Of a stretch of DNA of 64,000 nucleotides, positions 9,640 through 21,578 are shown piece after piece (positions within the stretch are counted from its first letter, which is position 1; every line of letters begins with the position of its first letter). The position numbers were made by a program, and so were the translations under genes. This DNA comes from Scenedesmus sp. PABB004. Its lineage: Eukaryota. Where the stretch lies: assembly GCA_014905635.1 (NCBI GenBank), contig JABVCE010000015.1, positions 310,001 through 374,000 on the forward strand, given 5' to 3'. Under the pieces are notes generated by a model that was not told where the DNA came from, did no database searches, and saw only the letters and a list, made by a program, of their open reading frames with translations.

Positions 9640-12216
9640 ATGGGCAAGCGCTCCGCGGCGCGCGCGCCGCCGGGCCGCAAGAAGCGCTCGCGCGCCACGG
9701 AGGAGGATGAGGCGCACGCGTTCTTCCTGGACGACGACGAGCCCAAGCGGCGGGGCCAGGAGAGCGAGGAGGAGGACCCCGAGCAGCAGGAGACGGCGGA
9801 GCAGAAGCGCGTGCGCCTGGGTGAGCGGCAAGGCCCCCTCCACACCAGCGCGACCGCGTGCCGGCCGCGGCAGCAGCGGCAGCAGCGGCGCGCCGCGCCC
9901 GGCCGCCGCGGGACGGCGGCGGCAGCAGCGGCGCCCGGCCGGCGCCGCAGCGGCGCCGGGCCTGGCGCGCCCGCCAGGGTGCGCAGCCGCGCTGAGCGCG
10001 CGCTGACGCCGCCGGCCGGGGCGCCGCCGCAGCGCGCGACTACCTGGACTCGCTGCGCGCGGGCACCGCCGGCGGCGACGACGAGGGCAGCGACGACGCC
10101 GAGGGCGACGGCGAGCCCGGCGACGTGGCGGCCGCGCGGGGCGCCGGCTACGGCATCGGCCTGGGCGATGAGGAGCTGGCGGAGCGGCTGCGTGAGGAGG
10201 CCCTTGAGGTGCGCGGCCAGGGAGCCAGGGTCGGGCTCGGGGCTGCCGCCGGGCAGTCTGGCACGCAGTTGCAGCGGCGGCAGCCCCCCCCCCCGACCGA
10301 GGCCACGCCGCGCCGCGCCGCGCAGGCCCAGGGCAAGCTGCAGCGCAAGCTGGCGCGCCGCGTGCAGCTGCCGGAGGCGCCGGCCGCGGGCGCGCGCTAC
10401 GGCGGCGGGCGCTTCAAGCGCGGGCACCGCCTCAGCGCGACGGCGCTCGCGCTCGCGCCGGACGAGTCCACGGCCTGGACCGTGAGCAAGGACGGCAGCA
10501 TCCTGCGCTGGGACGTGGAGACGCTGACGAGCACGCCGCTGCTGCGGCCGGGGAGCAAGGCGGCGGCCGCGGCGGCGGCCGCGGCGGGCACCGCGGCGGA
10601 CTGGGTCAAGCGCGGGCCGCGCCAGAACCCCACCAGCAGCCTGCTCGCCGCCGCGGTCAGCAGCGACGGCCGGTACCTGGCGGTCGGCGGCGGCGACAAG
10701 CAGGTGCGCCCGCGTGGGGGCGCGCTGCGCGTGCGCGAGCGAGCGAGCGAGCGTGCGTGTGTGTGGGAGGGGGGGGGCACCTGGGGCCGGCCTGCGCACG
10801 CGCACGTGCTCGCCCCGCGCGCTCGCCGCGAGCCGCCGCCGCCGCCGCCACCGCGCCGCGCAGGTGCATGTGTTTGATGCCGCCGCCGGCGCGCACGTGG
10901 CGTCGTACCCGGGCCACCGCGACCAGGTCGCCGCGCTCGCCTTCCGCCCTGGCACGCACACGCTGTACAGGCGCGCCGCGCCGCCGCGCCGCGCCGCGAG
11001 CCCCCGCGCGCCCCGCGCCCCCACGCCGCGCGGGCGGCGCGCCGAGCCCTCCTGCCGCCGCCGCGCCGCCGCCGCCGTTGCCGTCGCAGCGGCGGCTACG
11101 ACCGCACGGTGAAGATCTGGAGCCTCGATGACGCCGCCTACGTGGACACGCTCTTCGGGCACCAGGCGCGGCCGCGGCCTGGTCGCAGCCAGCCCGCGCG
11201 CAGGGCTCGGCGCGGCCGTGCCGCCCGGCGGCGCGCGCGCGCGTGCTCGCGGGACGGGCGGGCGCCGCGGCGCGCCGACACCCGTGGCGGCCGCCGCCGC
11301 CCCTCCCTCGCAGGGCGAGGTGTTTGCCGTCGACGCGGCGCGCGCGGAGCGCGTGGTCAGCGCGGGGCACGACCACACCTGCAGGCGCGCGGGGCGCGCG
11401 CGCGCGCGCGCGCGGCGCCGCCGCGCGCGGGGCCACGGCGCGCCGGCGGCCCCGCGCCGGCCGGCGCGGCCGACCGCGGCGCCTGCTGCGCGCGTCGCGG
11501 GCGGCAGGGTGTGGAAGATCCCCGAGGAGAGCCACCTCATCTTCCGCAGCCCCTCGATGGCGCAGCACGCGCTCACGTACGTCACCGGCAGCGCGTGGCT
11601 GTCGGGCGGCTGCGACGGCACGCTGCAGGCGCGGCGCGGCGCGCGGCGCGGCGTGCGGGGCGGGGCGGCGCGGCGCGCGCCGCGCATGTTTTTGCGCGGC
11701 CGGCCGGCCGCTGAGCCCTAAACCCTGCGGCCGGCCCCGCCTAAAACCCTGCGCGCCTGCCAGGTGTGGGACACGATGAAAAAGAAACCATCGAGCGTCG
11801 TCCACGGCGCGCACAGCGGCCGCGGCGCCGCCGGCGGCGCGGGCGGCGGCGACGCGGGCGGCGGCGGCGGCAGCGGCGCGCCGCCGAGCGACGGCAGCTG
11901 GGCGACGGCCGGCGTCGACACGCCGGGGTGGGTGCAGAGCGTCGCGGTCGCGCCGAGCAGCGACCTCGCCGCGAGCGGCGCGGGCGACGGCTGGATCCGG
12001 CTCTGGGGCGTGACGCCGAGCAAGCACGGCGGCGCGGGCGGCCTCGCGCCGCTCGGCGCGCTGCCGGCGCCGGGGTACGTCAACGGGCTCGCGCTCGGGC
12101 GCAGCGGGCGGCTCGCGGTCGCGGGGCTCGGGCAGGAGCCGCGGCTCGGGCGCTGGGGCCGCGCGGCGGGCGCGCGCAACGGGCTGCTGGTGCACACCTG
12201 GGCGCTCGGCGAGTGA
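9640..12216 (+). CDS. RRP9: U3 snoRNP WD40 protein Rrp9/U3-55K; 8 exons
   Basis: ETAEQKRVRLA, AVSSDGRYLAVGG, LYSGGYDRTVKIW, YVDTLFGHQ, WKIPEESHLIF, MKKKP and GQEPRLGRW signatures. Four of seven introns need GC donors (10971, 11166, 11385, 11629). Confidence 0.93.
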
Positions 12217-12498
12217 GCGGCGCGGCGCTGCAATTGGAGCCGGCGCACGAGCATCGACCGCGCGGCGCGCGCTCGGCGGCGCAGGGCTCAGCGCGGCGAG
12301 CGGCGGCAGCCCGGCACAGCAACCTTTCCCGGCCAGGCTCAGCCAGCGCGGCTCTCCCGTGCCGCCCCAGTCGCCGCCGCGGCGCGCGCCGGCAGCAGCA
12401 CTTCAGCTGATCCTGCCCCGCAGCCCGCACGACCGCCGGCGCCCGCCCGTTAGCGCACGCGGGCGGTGACGTAGCATCTTCACGCCTCGGCGCCCCGG

Positions 12499-15459
12499 AT
12501 GGCGGCCTCTGGCCTGGGCGCGCGCCTGCAGCGCGGCGCCGGGCTCGCGCCGGGCGGCCGGCGCGGCATGGCGCCGTGCGCTAGTGGGCGCCAATGGGCG
12601 CCGCCCAGGCGCGCGGCGGTGCTTGAGGAGCCCGCGCTGGCGCAGCCGTCGGCGCCCGCACCCGCACCCGGCGCGCTGGACGCCAACCAGCGCGTGCGTG
12701 AGGGCGACTTCGAGGCTCCCCTGGTCCAGGAGCAGGTGGGCGCGGCGCGCAGGCGCGGCGTGCCCGCGATTGGCGGCGGCGGCGAGCAGCGCGCGACGGC
12801 GCGCGCGCTGCTGCCGGTGCCACCGCGCGGCGTGCGGGTGCGGCACGCGAGAGCACCCCCGCGAGCTGCCAGCGGCGCCCCACGCCCGTCGCCGCACCGC
12901 GCCGCGCGCCGCCGCCGCCGCCAGGCGTCCAAGCGGGACGAGGCGCAGGGCAGCATCGCGGACGTGCTGCCGCGCCTGCCGCCCGGCGCGCGCGTCGACG
13001 CGCTCGTCGTCGGCTGCGGCCCCGCCGGCATCGCCCTCGCCGCGCAGCTCGCGGGGCGGGGGCTCAGCGTCGGCCTCGTCGGTGCGCCGGCGCGCCCGCC
13101 CCGCCCAGCCCGCGCAGCCCGCCCGCCCGCGCGTCCCGCGCCCCGCCGCCGCCGCGCCGTGCGCGCGCCGACGCGCCCCTCTCCCTCCCCGCACCCGCCG
13201 CGCCCGGCAGGCCCCGACGCGCCGTTTGTGAACAACTACGGCGTCTGGGTCGACGAGTTTGCGGCGCTCGGGCTGGCGCACACACTCGAGCGCAGCTTCG
13301 ACGACGCGCTGTGCTACTTCCAGGAGGGCCGCGAGGTGCGGCCCGATCAGCACGGCAGCGCCGGCAACGCGGCAGCGCCGCCGACAACGCGGCAGCGCCG
13401 CCGGCCCACCGCGCGCGCCTCACACGCGCGCCGCGCCGCGCGCCGCGGTGCGTGCGCGCGCCCCGCAGGTGCGCGTCGGCCGCGCGTATGGCCGCGTCTC
13501 GCGCCGCCTGCTGCGCTCGGCGCTGCTGCAGGACGCCGCGGCGGCGGGCGTGCGCTACATGGCGGCGACGGTGGAGGGCGTGGAGGTGTCCCCCGACGGC
13601 GCGACCGCTGCCGTCGCGTGCAGCGGCGGCGCGACGCTCAGCGCGCGGTGCGGCCGCCCGCCGCCCGCCCGCCGCGCCTCCCTCCCTCCCTCCCTCCCGC
13701 CCTCCCACACGCACACACCCGTCCACCTCCCGCCGCCGCCACACGCGCGCGCGCAGGCTTGTCACGCTCGCGTCGGGCCAGGCCGCGGGGCGGCTGCTCG
13801 CGTACGAGTCCGACGCGCCGGGCGTCGCGGCCCAGACGGCGTATGGCATCGAGGCCGAGGTCGAGGGCTACGCCGAGGCCTACGACCCCAAGCGCATGGT
13901 CTTCATGGACTACCGCCGCCACCACTCGGGCCTCTGGGACGGCGCGGCACGGCACCTCGACGGTGGTGCGGCGCCGCGCCGCGCGGCGCGCCACTGCGCA
14001 GGAGCGGCCGCCGCCGCGCCGGGGACCACGCGCCGCAGCGCCGGGGACGTCGCGTTGAGCCTCACGCCGCCCCGCGCCGCCGCGCGTCGCGCGCAGCCAA
14101 CCACCCCAACGCGGGCGGCGGACTGTGGGGGTCGGGCGAGGAGGTGCCGTCGTTCCTGTACGCGATGCCGCTCGGCGGCAAGCGCGTGTTCCTGGAGGAG
14201 ACCTGCCTAGTTGCCAAGCCGGCGCTGCCCTTTGCCGGTGCGGCGCGGCGGCGGCGGCGCCGCCGCCGCGGCGCGACCACGCGACGCTACGCGACGCCGC
14301 TCACACCGCACGCCCACCGCCGCCGCCGCACGCCCGCCGCTGCCGCCACAACAATAACAACCGCCGCCGCGGCAGTGCTGAAGCGCCGCCTCGAGCGCCG
14401 CCTCGCGGCGATGGGCGTGCGCGTGCTGGGCGTGCACGAGGAGGAGTGGAGCTACATCCCCGTGGGCGGCCCGCTGCCGGTCAACGACCAGCCGCTCACC
14501 GCGTTTGGCGCCGCGGCCAACCTCGTGCACCCCGCCACGGGTGCGCGGCCGGCCGCGCAAGCTGCGCCGGCCTGTGGGACCGCGCCGCGCCGCGCGGCCG
14601 GCCGGCCGCCCACCTGACCGACCCGCTCGCACCGTAGGCTTCAGCGTCTCGCGCAGCCTGCGGCAGGCGCCCGAGTTTGCGGACGCCGCGGCCGCCGCGC
14701 TGTCGGCGCACGGCGCCTCCGGCGTGCTCGCCGTGTCGCGCGCGGTCTGGGGCAAGCTCTGGAGCGCCGAGCGGCGGCAGCAGGCGCGCGCCGCGGCGCG
14801 CGGACGCTCTCGCCCCCCCCCCCCCCCCCCCCGCAGCGCCCCCGCTGCATTGCTCAGCGCGCGCTGGGCCCTCCCCCGACCCCTCAAGCCTCACCCTCAA
14901 ACCGGCGCCCCCGCGCCCCCGCCCTCGCCCTCGCCCGTGCGCCGCCCCGCGCAGGCGGCGTTCCACGTCTTTGGCATGGAGCTGCTGACTCAGCTCGACC
15001 TGTCGTCGACCAACGACTTCTTCAGGACCTTCTTTGCCCTCCCGCCCTTCCTCTGGCGCGGCTTCCTCGGCAGCCAGCTCAGCGCGGCGCAGCTGCTCGG
15101 CTTTGCGCTCGCGACGTTTGCGTACGCGCCGCTGGGCATCAAAGCCAAGCTCGTGTCGCACCTGCTGCAGGGTGCGTTTAGGCGCGAGCGCGCGCGCGCG
15201 GCGCGCCACGCCCCCGTTGACGCACGCGCGAGAGCGGCGCCCGTGCAGCGCCGCCGAGGCTGCTCCGCCCGCCCGGCCGCCCCGCGCGCCGCGCGCAGAC
15301 CCCGCCGGCAGCTACCTGATCCGGCGCTACCTGGCGGCCGCCGACGACAGCAGCGGCAGCAGCGGCAGCAGCGGCAGCAGCGGCAGCAGCGGCAGCAGCG
15401 GCAGCGTGACGGCGGCGGCCAGCGCAGCGGCGGCCGCCGCCGCGGCGGACGGCGCGTGA
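12499..15459 (+). CDS. LCYE: Lycopene epsilon-cyclase; 10 exons
   Basis: FAD motif VVGCGPAG, FVNNYGVWVDEF, FLYAMP, FLEETCL, epsilon-type EEEWSYIPVGG, HPATGFS and FHVFGMELL. GC donor at 14784. Confidence 0.92.
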
Positions 15460-16054
15460 GGCGGCGGCGGCGCAGGGACGCAGCGCGCGCTGCTGCGGCG
15501 TGGCGGCGCGGCGCGGCGCGACCCGGCGCAGCGCAGCGGGGCGCGCCCGCGACTTGTGTGTCGATTTTGCGCGCCAGCGCGTCGGACCGGTGCTGTGATG
15601 ATCAGTTTGCGGCGGCGAGACTGCGGGGGGCAGCAGCGGGCTCGCGTGCACGAAGAACCGGACACGCTTGCAGGCCGTCGCGCGGGGCGGCAGCACTCTC
15701 GGGGCACTCGGGGGGCAGCAGCGGGACGAAGGTGCAGAGTAACTAGCAGCGAGGGCATTGGCGGCGAGCTGCTGACCAGTCAACATGGTCATGACGCGGC
15801 TCGGCGGTCCGTCCTCCCTGCCGCATCCCGTAGCCCGCAGCCCGCAGCCCCCGCCACCGCCACAGCACCAGCCCTGCCGCCAGCCTCCCTCGACGCGCAG
15901 ACGCCGCCGCTCGCCCGCCGCGGCAACTGCTGCTGTTTCTGTTCTTCCCCCTCGGCTCGCCGCGCCGGTCGCACGTGCTCCTCAGCCTCCCCTACATCTC
16001 CAGAGCGCACGCCGCGACTCCACGCGCGCGCCGGCGCAGCAAACGCGAGCAGAG

Positions 16055-17271
16055 ATGGCGAGCGACGCGGACGGCCTCGCGGCCGCGCTGGCGGGCAAGG
16101 CCGGGCCGGTGAGGAGTCGGCCGTGACTGCACGAGCTGTTGGGAGCGCTGGCCCGGGCCCGCGCGCGGACGGGCCGCAGCTGACCGTTTTTCTGCTGCTG
16201 CCGCCGCGGCCGCAGGACCAGGACATGCTGCTGGCCCGCGCCCTGCAGGAGCAGGAGCGCGCGTTCTACGCGCTCGCGTCAAGTGCCAGCAGCGGGTGCG
16301 CGGCGGCCCGTAGACGGGCCCGCGGGCCGGCAGCGCGGCCTGCGAGCGCTGCCGCGCCCGGCGGGCGGCCTCACCCGCCCGCCGCCCTGCGCCGCAGCTC
16401 CTGGGCCGCGCCGTCGGGCCTCTTCGCGCGCCCCGGCTCGAGCGGCGCCGGCAGCGAGGAGGAGCTGGGCGACGAGGAGCTCGCGCGGCGGCTGCAGGAC
16501 GAGGAGCGCGCCGCGCACTGGCGCGCGCAGTTTGGCGGCGGCGGCGCCGGCGGCGGCGACGGCGCGGTCGACCTGGGGGAGCTGGGGTTTGAGTTTGAGG
16601 ACGACGGCGCGCTGGAGGTCGACTACGACGAGCTCGGCTACGAGGTGCGGCGGCGGCGGCGGCGGGGGGGGGGGGGTGCAGGCAGGCCGCGCTGCCGTCG
16701 GGGCGTGCGCGCACAACGGGCGCAGGGGCTGCTCATGCGGCGGCCCGCCCGCCGACCCCGCCGCGCGCGGCCGACGCGCCCGCGGGGCCCGCCCGCGCGC
16801 GCGCGCGGACCGCAGGACCTCAGCGCGCTCGGCGACGTCGCGGGCAAGGTCAGCCGCGGGCTCGCGCCCGCGGCGGTGCAGGCGCTGCCGCAGCTGCGCG
16901 TCGCCGACGTGCGCGCGGCGGCGGCGGCGGCGGCGGCGGCCGCGCAGCAGCAGCAGCAGCAGCCCGCCGGCGAGGCGGGCGCGCAGCAGCCCGACCAGCA
17001 GGCGGCGCAGCAGCAGCAGCCGTGCGGCTGCGCCGGCGACGGCGGCACGCAGCACGCGCAGCACCTGGCGCTCGCGGCCAAGGCGCTGTGCGCGTCGGCG
17101 CTGTGCGCGGTCTGCCAGTGCGAGTACGAGGACGGCGAGGACGTGCGGCTGCTGCCGGGCTGCGGGCACGCGTACCACGCGCCCTGCCTCGACACCTGGC
17201 TGGCCATCAACAAAGTCTGCCCCGTCTGCACCAAGGAGGTCTGCGCCCCGCCAGCAGGCCAGTCGGGGTGA
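16055..17271 (+). CDS. BIG BROTHER-related RING-H2 E3 ubiquitin ligase; 4 exons
   Basis: DMLLARALQEQERAF, DEELARRLQDEE, DYDELGYE/DLSALGDVAGKVSRGL and RING-H2 CAVCQCEY..CGHAYHAPCLDTWLAINKVCPVC. Confidence 0.87.
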
Positions 17272-17584
17272 CGCCCAGGTGCTCGGCCGGGGCGGCTGCA
17301 GCTGGGCCAGAGCGCTGGCCAGCGCGTGGCCGTGTGCGCGGTCGGCGGCCGGGCGCCGGCAGGCTGCGTAACGCGGCGACCTCTCGGAGCGCGGCCGCCG
17401 TCGCTCGGTTGCCCGCGTCGCTCGCCCGCCCTTTGCCAGCCCCCCGTGCGTCCCCGCGCGTCGCCGCAGCCCCGCACGGGCGGCGGCTGCACGGCCCCGG
17501 CCCCGCGCCGGCCGGCCTCCGCGCGTCCGGATCCCCCTCTTTCTCCTCCCCCTCACGCTCGCCGCTCCCGGCCCCAGCTCGCCG

Positions 17585-20500
17585 TCACTCGCCCTTCTTG
17601 CCCGCGGCGGCGGCGCCGCCGCCGCCGCCGCCGATGCCCAGCACGGCGGACAGCACCGCGCCGAGCCCGCGCGCCTTGAGCGCGAGCGAGGGGCCGTAGA
17701 ACATCGTGGTCAGGCCCACCGCAAACGGCGCGGCCGCGGGGCCGACGGGGTGCTGCCAGAGCGGCGGGATGGTCGTGCGCATGAGCGGCCAGCCGTCCTC
17801 CGCGACGGCCTGCGCGTGCGGCGGCGGCGCGCGGCGGCGGACGAGGGGACGGACGGGCGGATGAGCAGGCGCGAGCACCCCCGGCTGCCGCACGCCCCGC
17901 GGCCGCCGCGCGCTGCGCCGCGCGCCGCGCGCCGCGCCTTTGGCACGCAGAGTGCGCGCAGGCCCTCGACGCCGGCGAAGCGCCCGAAGCCGCTGTCCTT
18001 GACGCCGCCAAAGGGCAGGCCCTGGCACATGTAGGTCGCGTTGAAGTCGTTGATCGACGTCATGCCCGCCTCAAGCTGGCCCGCGATCGCGCGCGCGCTG
18101 CGCGGTCGTGCGGCGGCGGATGCGGCGGCGGCGCGTTGAGGCGCGGCGCGCGGAGTCGCGGAGTCGCAGCGGGCGGGCGGGCGGCGCGGCGCGCGGAGTC
18201 GCGGAGTCGCAGCGGGCGGGCGGGCGGGCGGCGGGCGGAGTCGCGGAGTCGCAGCGGGCGGGCGGGCGGCGGGCGGGAGGGAGCAGGGAGGGGCGGGGGC
18301 GGGCGGCGCGGCGCGCGCACCGGCGCGTGCTGCGGCTGAACACGCTGCTGCCGAGGCCGAAGGGGCAGTCGTTGGCGAGCGACACCGCCTCGGCGTCGGT
18401 GTCAAAGGGAATGACCGTCATGACCTGCGGCGGCGGCGCACGGGGCGTTATAACGCAGTTCAAACGCGCCGCCGCCGTCCGAGGAGAGGGTGCGTCCGCC
18501 CAGCCATCGCGGGCAGCGCGGCGGCCCCGCGGGGCGAGAGGGGCGTCCGGCACCGCCGCGCCCGCGCCCCGCGCCACACGCCCCGCCGCGCGCCGCCCCG
18601 CGCGCCGCGCCGCGCCGCACCGGGCCAAAGGCCTCCTCGTAGTACAGCGACATGCCCTTGGTCACGCCGGTGATAACCGTGGGAGGGTAAAACTGGCCTG
18701 TAGCGGCGGCGCCGCCGCCGCCCGCCGCGGCGGCCGCCGCGCGGCGCGTGTTGCGCGCCGGCGACGGCGGCGGCGCGCCGCCCGGCGTGGCGGCGCCGTT
18801 GGCGCCGCCGCCGGAGTTGGCGGGGCCCGGCGTGCCGCCGGCGTGCAGCGTCGCGCCCTTGGACACGGCGTCGTCGATGAGACGCTGCACCTTCTCCACC
18901 GCGCCCGGCATGCACATCGCGCCCGCGTCCATGGGGCCTGCCGCGCGGAGCGCAGGCGCGCGGGCGCGCGCGGGAGAGGCGTGAGCAGGGGAGGCGGGGC
19001 GCGAGGAGCCGTGCCCGGCGCGCGCCCGGCACCGGCGCCGCGCCGGCGGCGCCCCGGCGCCACGCAAGCGCGCACCCGCGCCGAGCGTCGGCCCCTGGCG
19101 CATGCCGCGCGCGATGGCCGACACGCGCTGCAGGAAGGGCTCATAGACACCGCGCTGCACGATGAAGCGCTCGCCGCTCGCGCAGTTCTGGCCGCAGTTG
19201 AGGAACGCCGCCTTGATCGCGATCGGCACGACCTGCTGGGTGGTGTGTGGCATGGGGGCGGGGCGGGTCAGTGGGTGAGACCGCTGCCTGCTCCCACGGC
19301 GGCGCGGCGCGGGCCCAGGTCGTCTCGGTCGGCGTTGCGGTCGGCGTCGTCGCAGACGACCTCAACCCTCAACCCTGTACCCCCCTCAACCCTGTACCCC
19401 TCAGCCCTGAACCCTGAGCCCTTACGCCCCGCGCCTGGCCGAGGTCTGCGTCGTTGCAGACGATGAACGCGTCCTTGCCGCCCAGCTCGAGCGTGACGGG
19501 CGTGAGGCGCTCCGCCGCGGAGGCCATGACCTTGCGCCCGACCTCGGTGCTGCCCACAAACACGACCTGCGCGGCGCAGAGGGAGTGGCCAGGGGCGGTA
19601 GAGGGTCGGCAGAGCGTTGGCGGGGGCGGCAGAGTCAGCGGGGAGCGGGGGAGCAGAGCGGGCGGCGCGCGGGGGCAGGCACGGCGCGGCGCGCGGGGGC
19701 GGGCGCGGGGCGGCGGCGGCAGCGCCACGCCGCGCCTTGTCGACGCCGCCGGTGACGAGCGCGTGCCCGGCGTCGCCGAGGCCCGTCACGAAGCGCACGA
19801 GCCCCGGCGGCGCGCCGGCGGCGGCGAGCGCGGCGTCGACGATGCGGCGATAATAGGCGATGCTCCAGCTCGCGTGCTCCGAGACCTGCGTCACAGCCAC
19901 CACGTGGCACACGTGCGTGTGGCACACGTGCGCGTGTGTGGGAAAGGGGGGGGGGGGGGGCGGGCGCGGGCGTGGGCGGGCGGGCGTCCAAACGCACGGC
20001 GCCACGCCGGGGCGGGCCGCCACGCTGACCAGCGCGCCGCGCTCGCATCGCGTAAGCCCTCGCCTGAGCCCCCGCCGCACCTTGACCACGATCGCGTCGC
20101 CCGCCATGACCGCGGCGCTGATGGGGTTGACTATGTTGTGGAAGGGCCAGTTCCAGGGCACGATCGCGCCCACGACGCCGACGGGCACCCACTCGACGCG
20201 CGCGCGCTTGTAGAACGCCTGCGGGCGGCGCGGCGCGGGCGAGCGAGGTGTGCAGGGGCGTGGAGGGGCGCGGGCGCGGGGCGCGGCAGCGAGGGCGGGC
20301 GCGGGCGCGGGGCGCGGCAGCGAGGGCGGGCGTGGGCGCGCACCATGACGCCCGCGCCGCGCTCGCACGGGCGCAGCGCGGCCTCGCCGTGGCGCAGCAG
20401 CCAGGTCAGCTTCTCCGCTGTCACCACAATCTCGCCGAGCACCGCCTCCAGCGGCGTCTTGCCCGAGTCGCGCGCCGACACCCTGCGCCGGCGGGGGCGG

Positions 20501-20762
20501 CGCGGCACGCGGCGTCGGACGCGGCGCTGGGCGTCGGGCGCGGCGGGCGCCGGCGTGCGCGGCGGGCGCCGGCGGCTCGGCGCCCCCCGCTTCTGACCCC
20601 CGGCGCGGCCGGCCGCCGCGGGGCGCGCCTGCAGATGTCCTCCTGGTGGGTGATGATGTATTTGAGCAGCACGCGCAGCAGGCGCCGGCGCTGCGCAAAG
20701 GTCGAGTGGCGCCAGACCTTGGCCGCGTCCCGCGCCTCGGCGATGGCCGCACGCACCTGCAC

Positions 20763-20811
<49 letters not shown>

Positions 20812-21278
20812 CGGCGGCGGGCCGCTGAGCTCGCTGCAGGCGCTTCGCGGCGCCGCGCCGCGCCGCGCCTGCCGCTCGCGCCGCGCGCCTCGGCGGGGGT
20901 CATCGCCTTGGCGTGGCCGAGCAGCTGCATCGTGCTGGGATCGTAGCAGGGGATCGACCCCTTGGGCGCGGGCGTGCCGGGCACGTACGTGGGCGCGTCC
21001 AGGGCCTCCGCCGCCTCGTCTGCGGGCGGCGGCGGCGCGGCGACGCGCGGCCATCAGCGCCGGGCGCCCGCCGCCGCGCCGGCGGGGGCGAGCGCTGGGC
21101 GGGCCGACGTCGCACCCGGGGTGAGCGGCACGTCCAGCGTGGGCACGGCGGCGAAGGCCAGCGCGTCCCAGGCGGCGTAGAGGGCGAGCAGCAGCAGCGC
21201 GAGCGCGCCCGCCAGCGCCAGGCCGCCCGGCGGCCAGGCCGCCGGCCCCCAGGACGCCAGCAGCTCGGTCAGCTCCAT
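17585..21278 (-). CDS. ALDH22A1: Aldehyde dehydrogenase family 22 with N-terminal membrane anchor; 12 exons
   Basis: N-terminal TM segment, [46 protein letters not shown], catalytic [15 protein letters not shown] and [21 protein letters not shown]. Five of eleven introns have GC donors. Confidence 0.9.
18148..18270. repeat. Three-copy minisatellite (cggagtcgcggagtcgcagcgggcgggcgg core) in an ALDH22 intron
   Basis: Core is repeated near 18151, 18194 and 18236. Confidence 0.85.
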
Positions 21279-21540
21279 GGCGATCGCGGTTGTGCCGCAC
21301 TTCCGTGCGGCGGGCGGGTGGGAGCGCAGCAGCGCGCGGTGCAGGCCTGCGGGCTCACCGAGCGGGCTCAGAAGGCACCCGCGGGTCTTCCATCCAGCGT
21401 GTCGCCTCACTCACACACACACCGGCCCGCTGCCAGGCCGCGCGGCGCTGCGGCGCGCCGTGCGGGGGCATCCAAGTTTGGTTGCCCGCTCGCCTGCGCC
21501 TCACGGGCCCGGTCGTGCCCGGCCCGATGGCCTGACGCGT

Positions 21541-21571
21541 AGTTTGAGTCATCAGAAGTTTGAGTCATCAG
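21541..21571. promoter_or_regulatory. Tandem 15-bp direct repeat AGTTTGAGTCATCAG, each copy containing TGAGTCA (GCN4/AP-1-type bZIP motif)
   Basis: Exact repeat at 21541-21555 and 21557-21571 in the 300-bp divergent intergenic region. Regulatory function is inferred only. Confidence 0.45.
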
Positions 21572-21578
21572 CATCACC

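Noticed and set aside
18148..18270. CRISPR-like repeat-spacer array
   Set aside because: Only three intronic copies with low-complexity linkers, no unique spacers and no cas genes.
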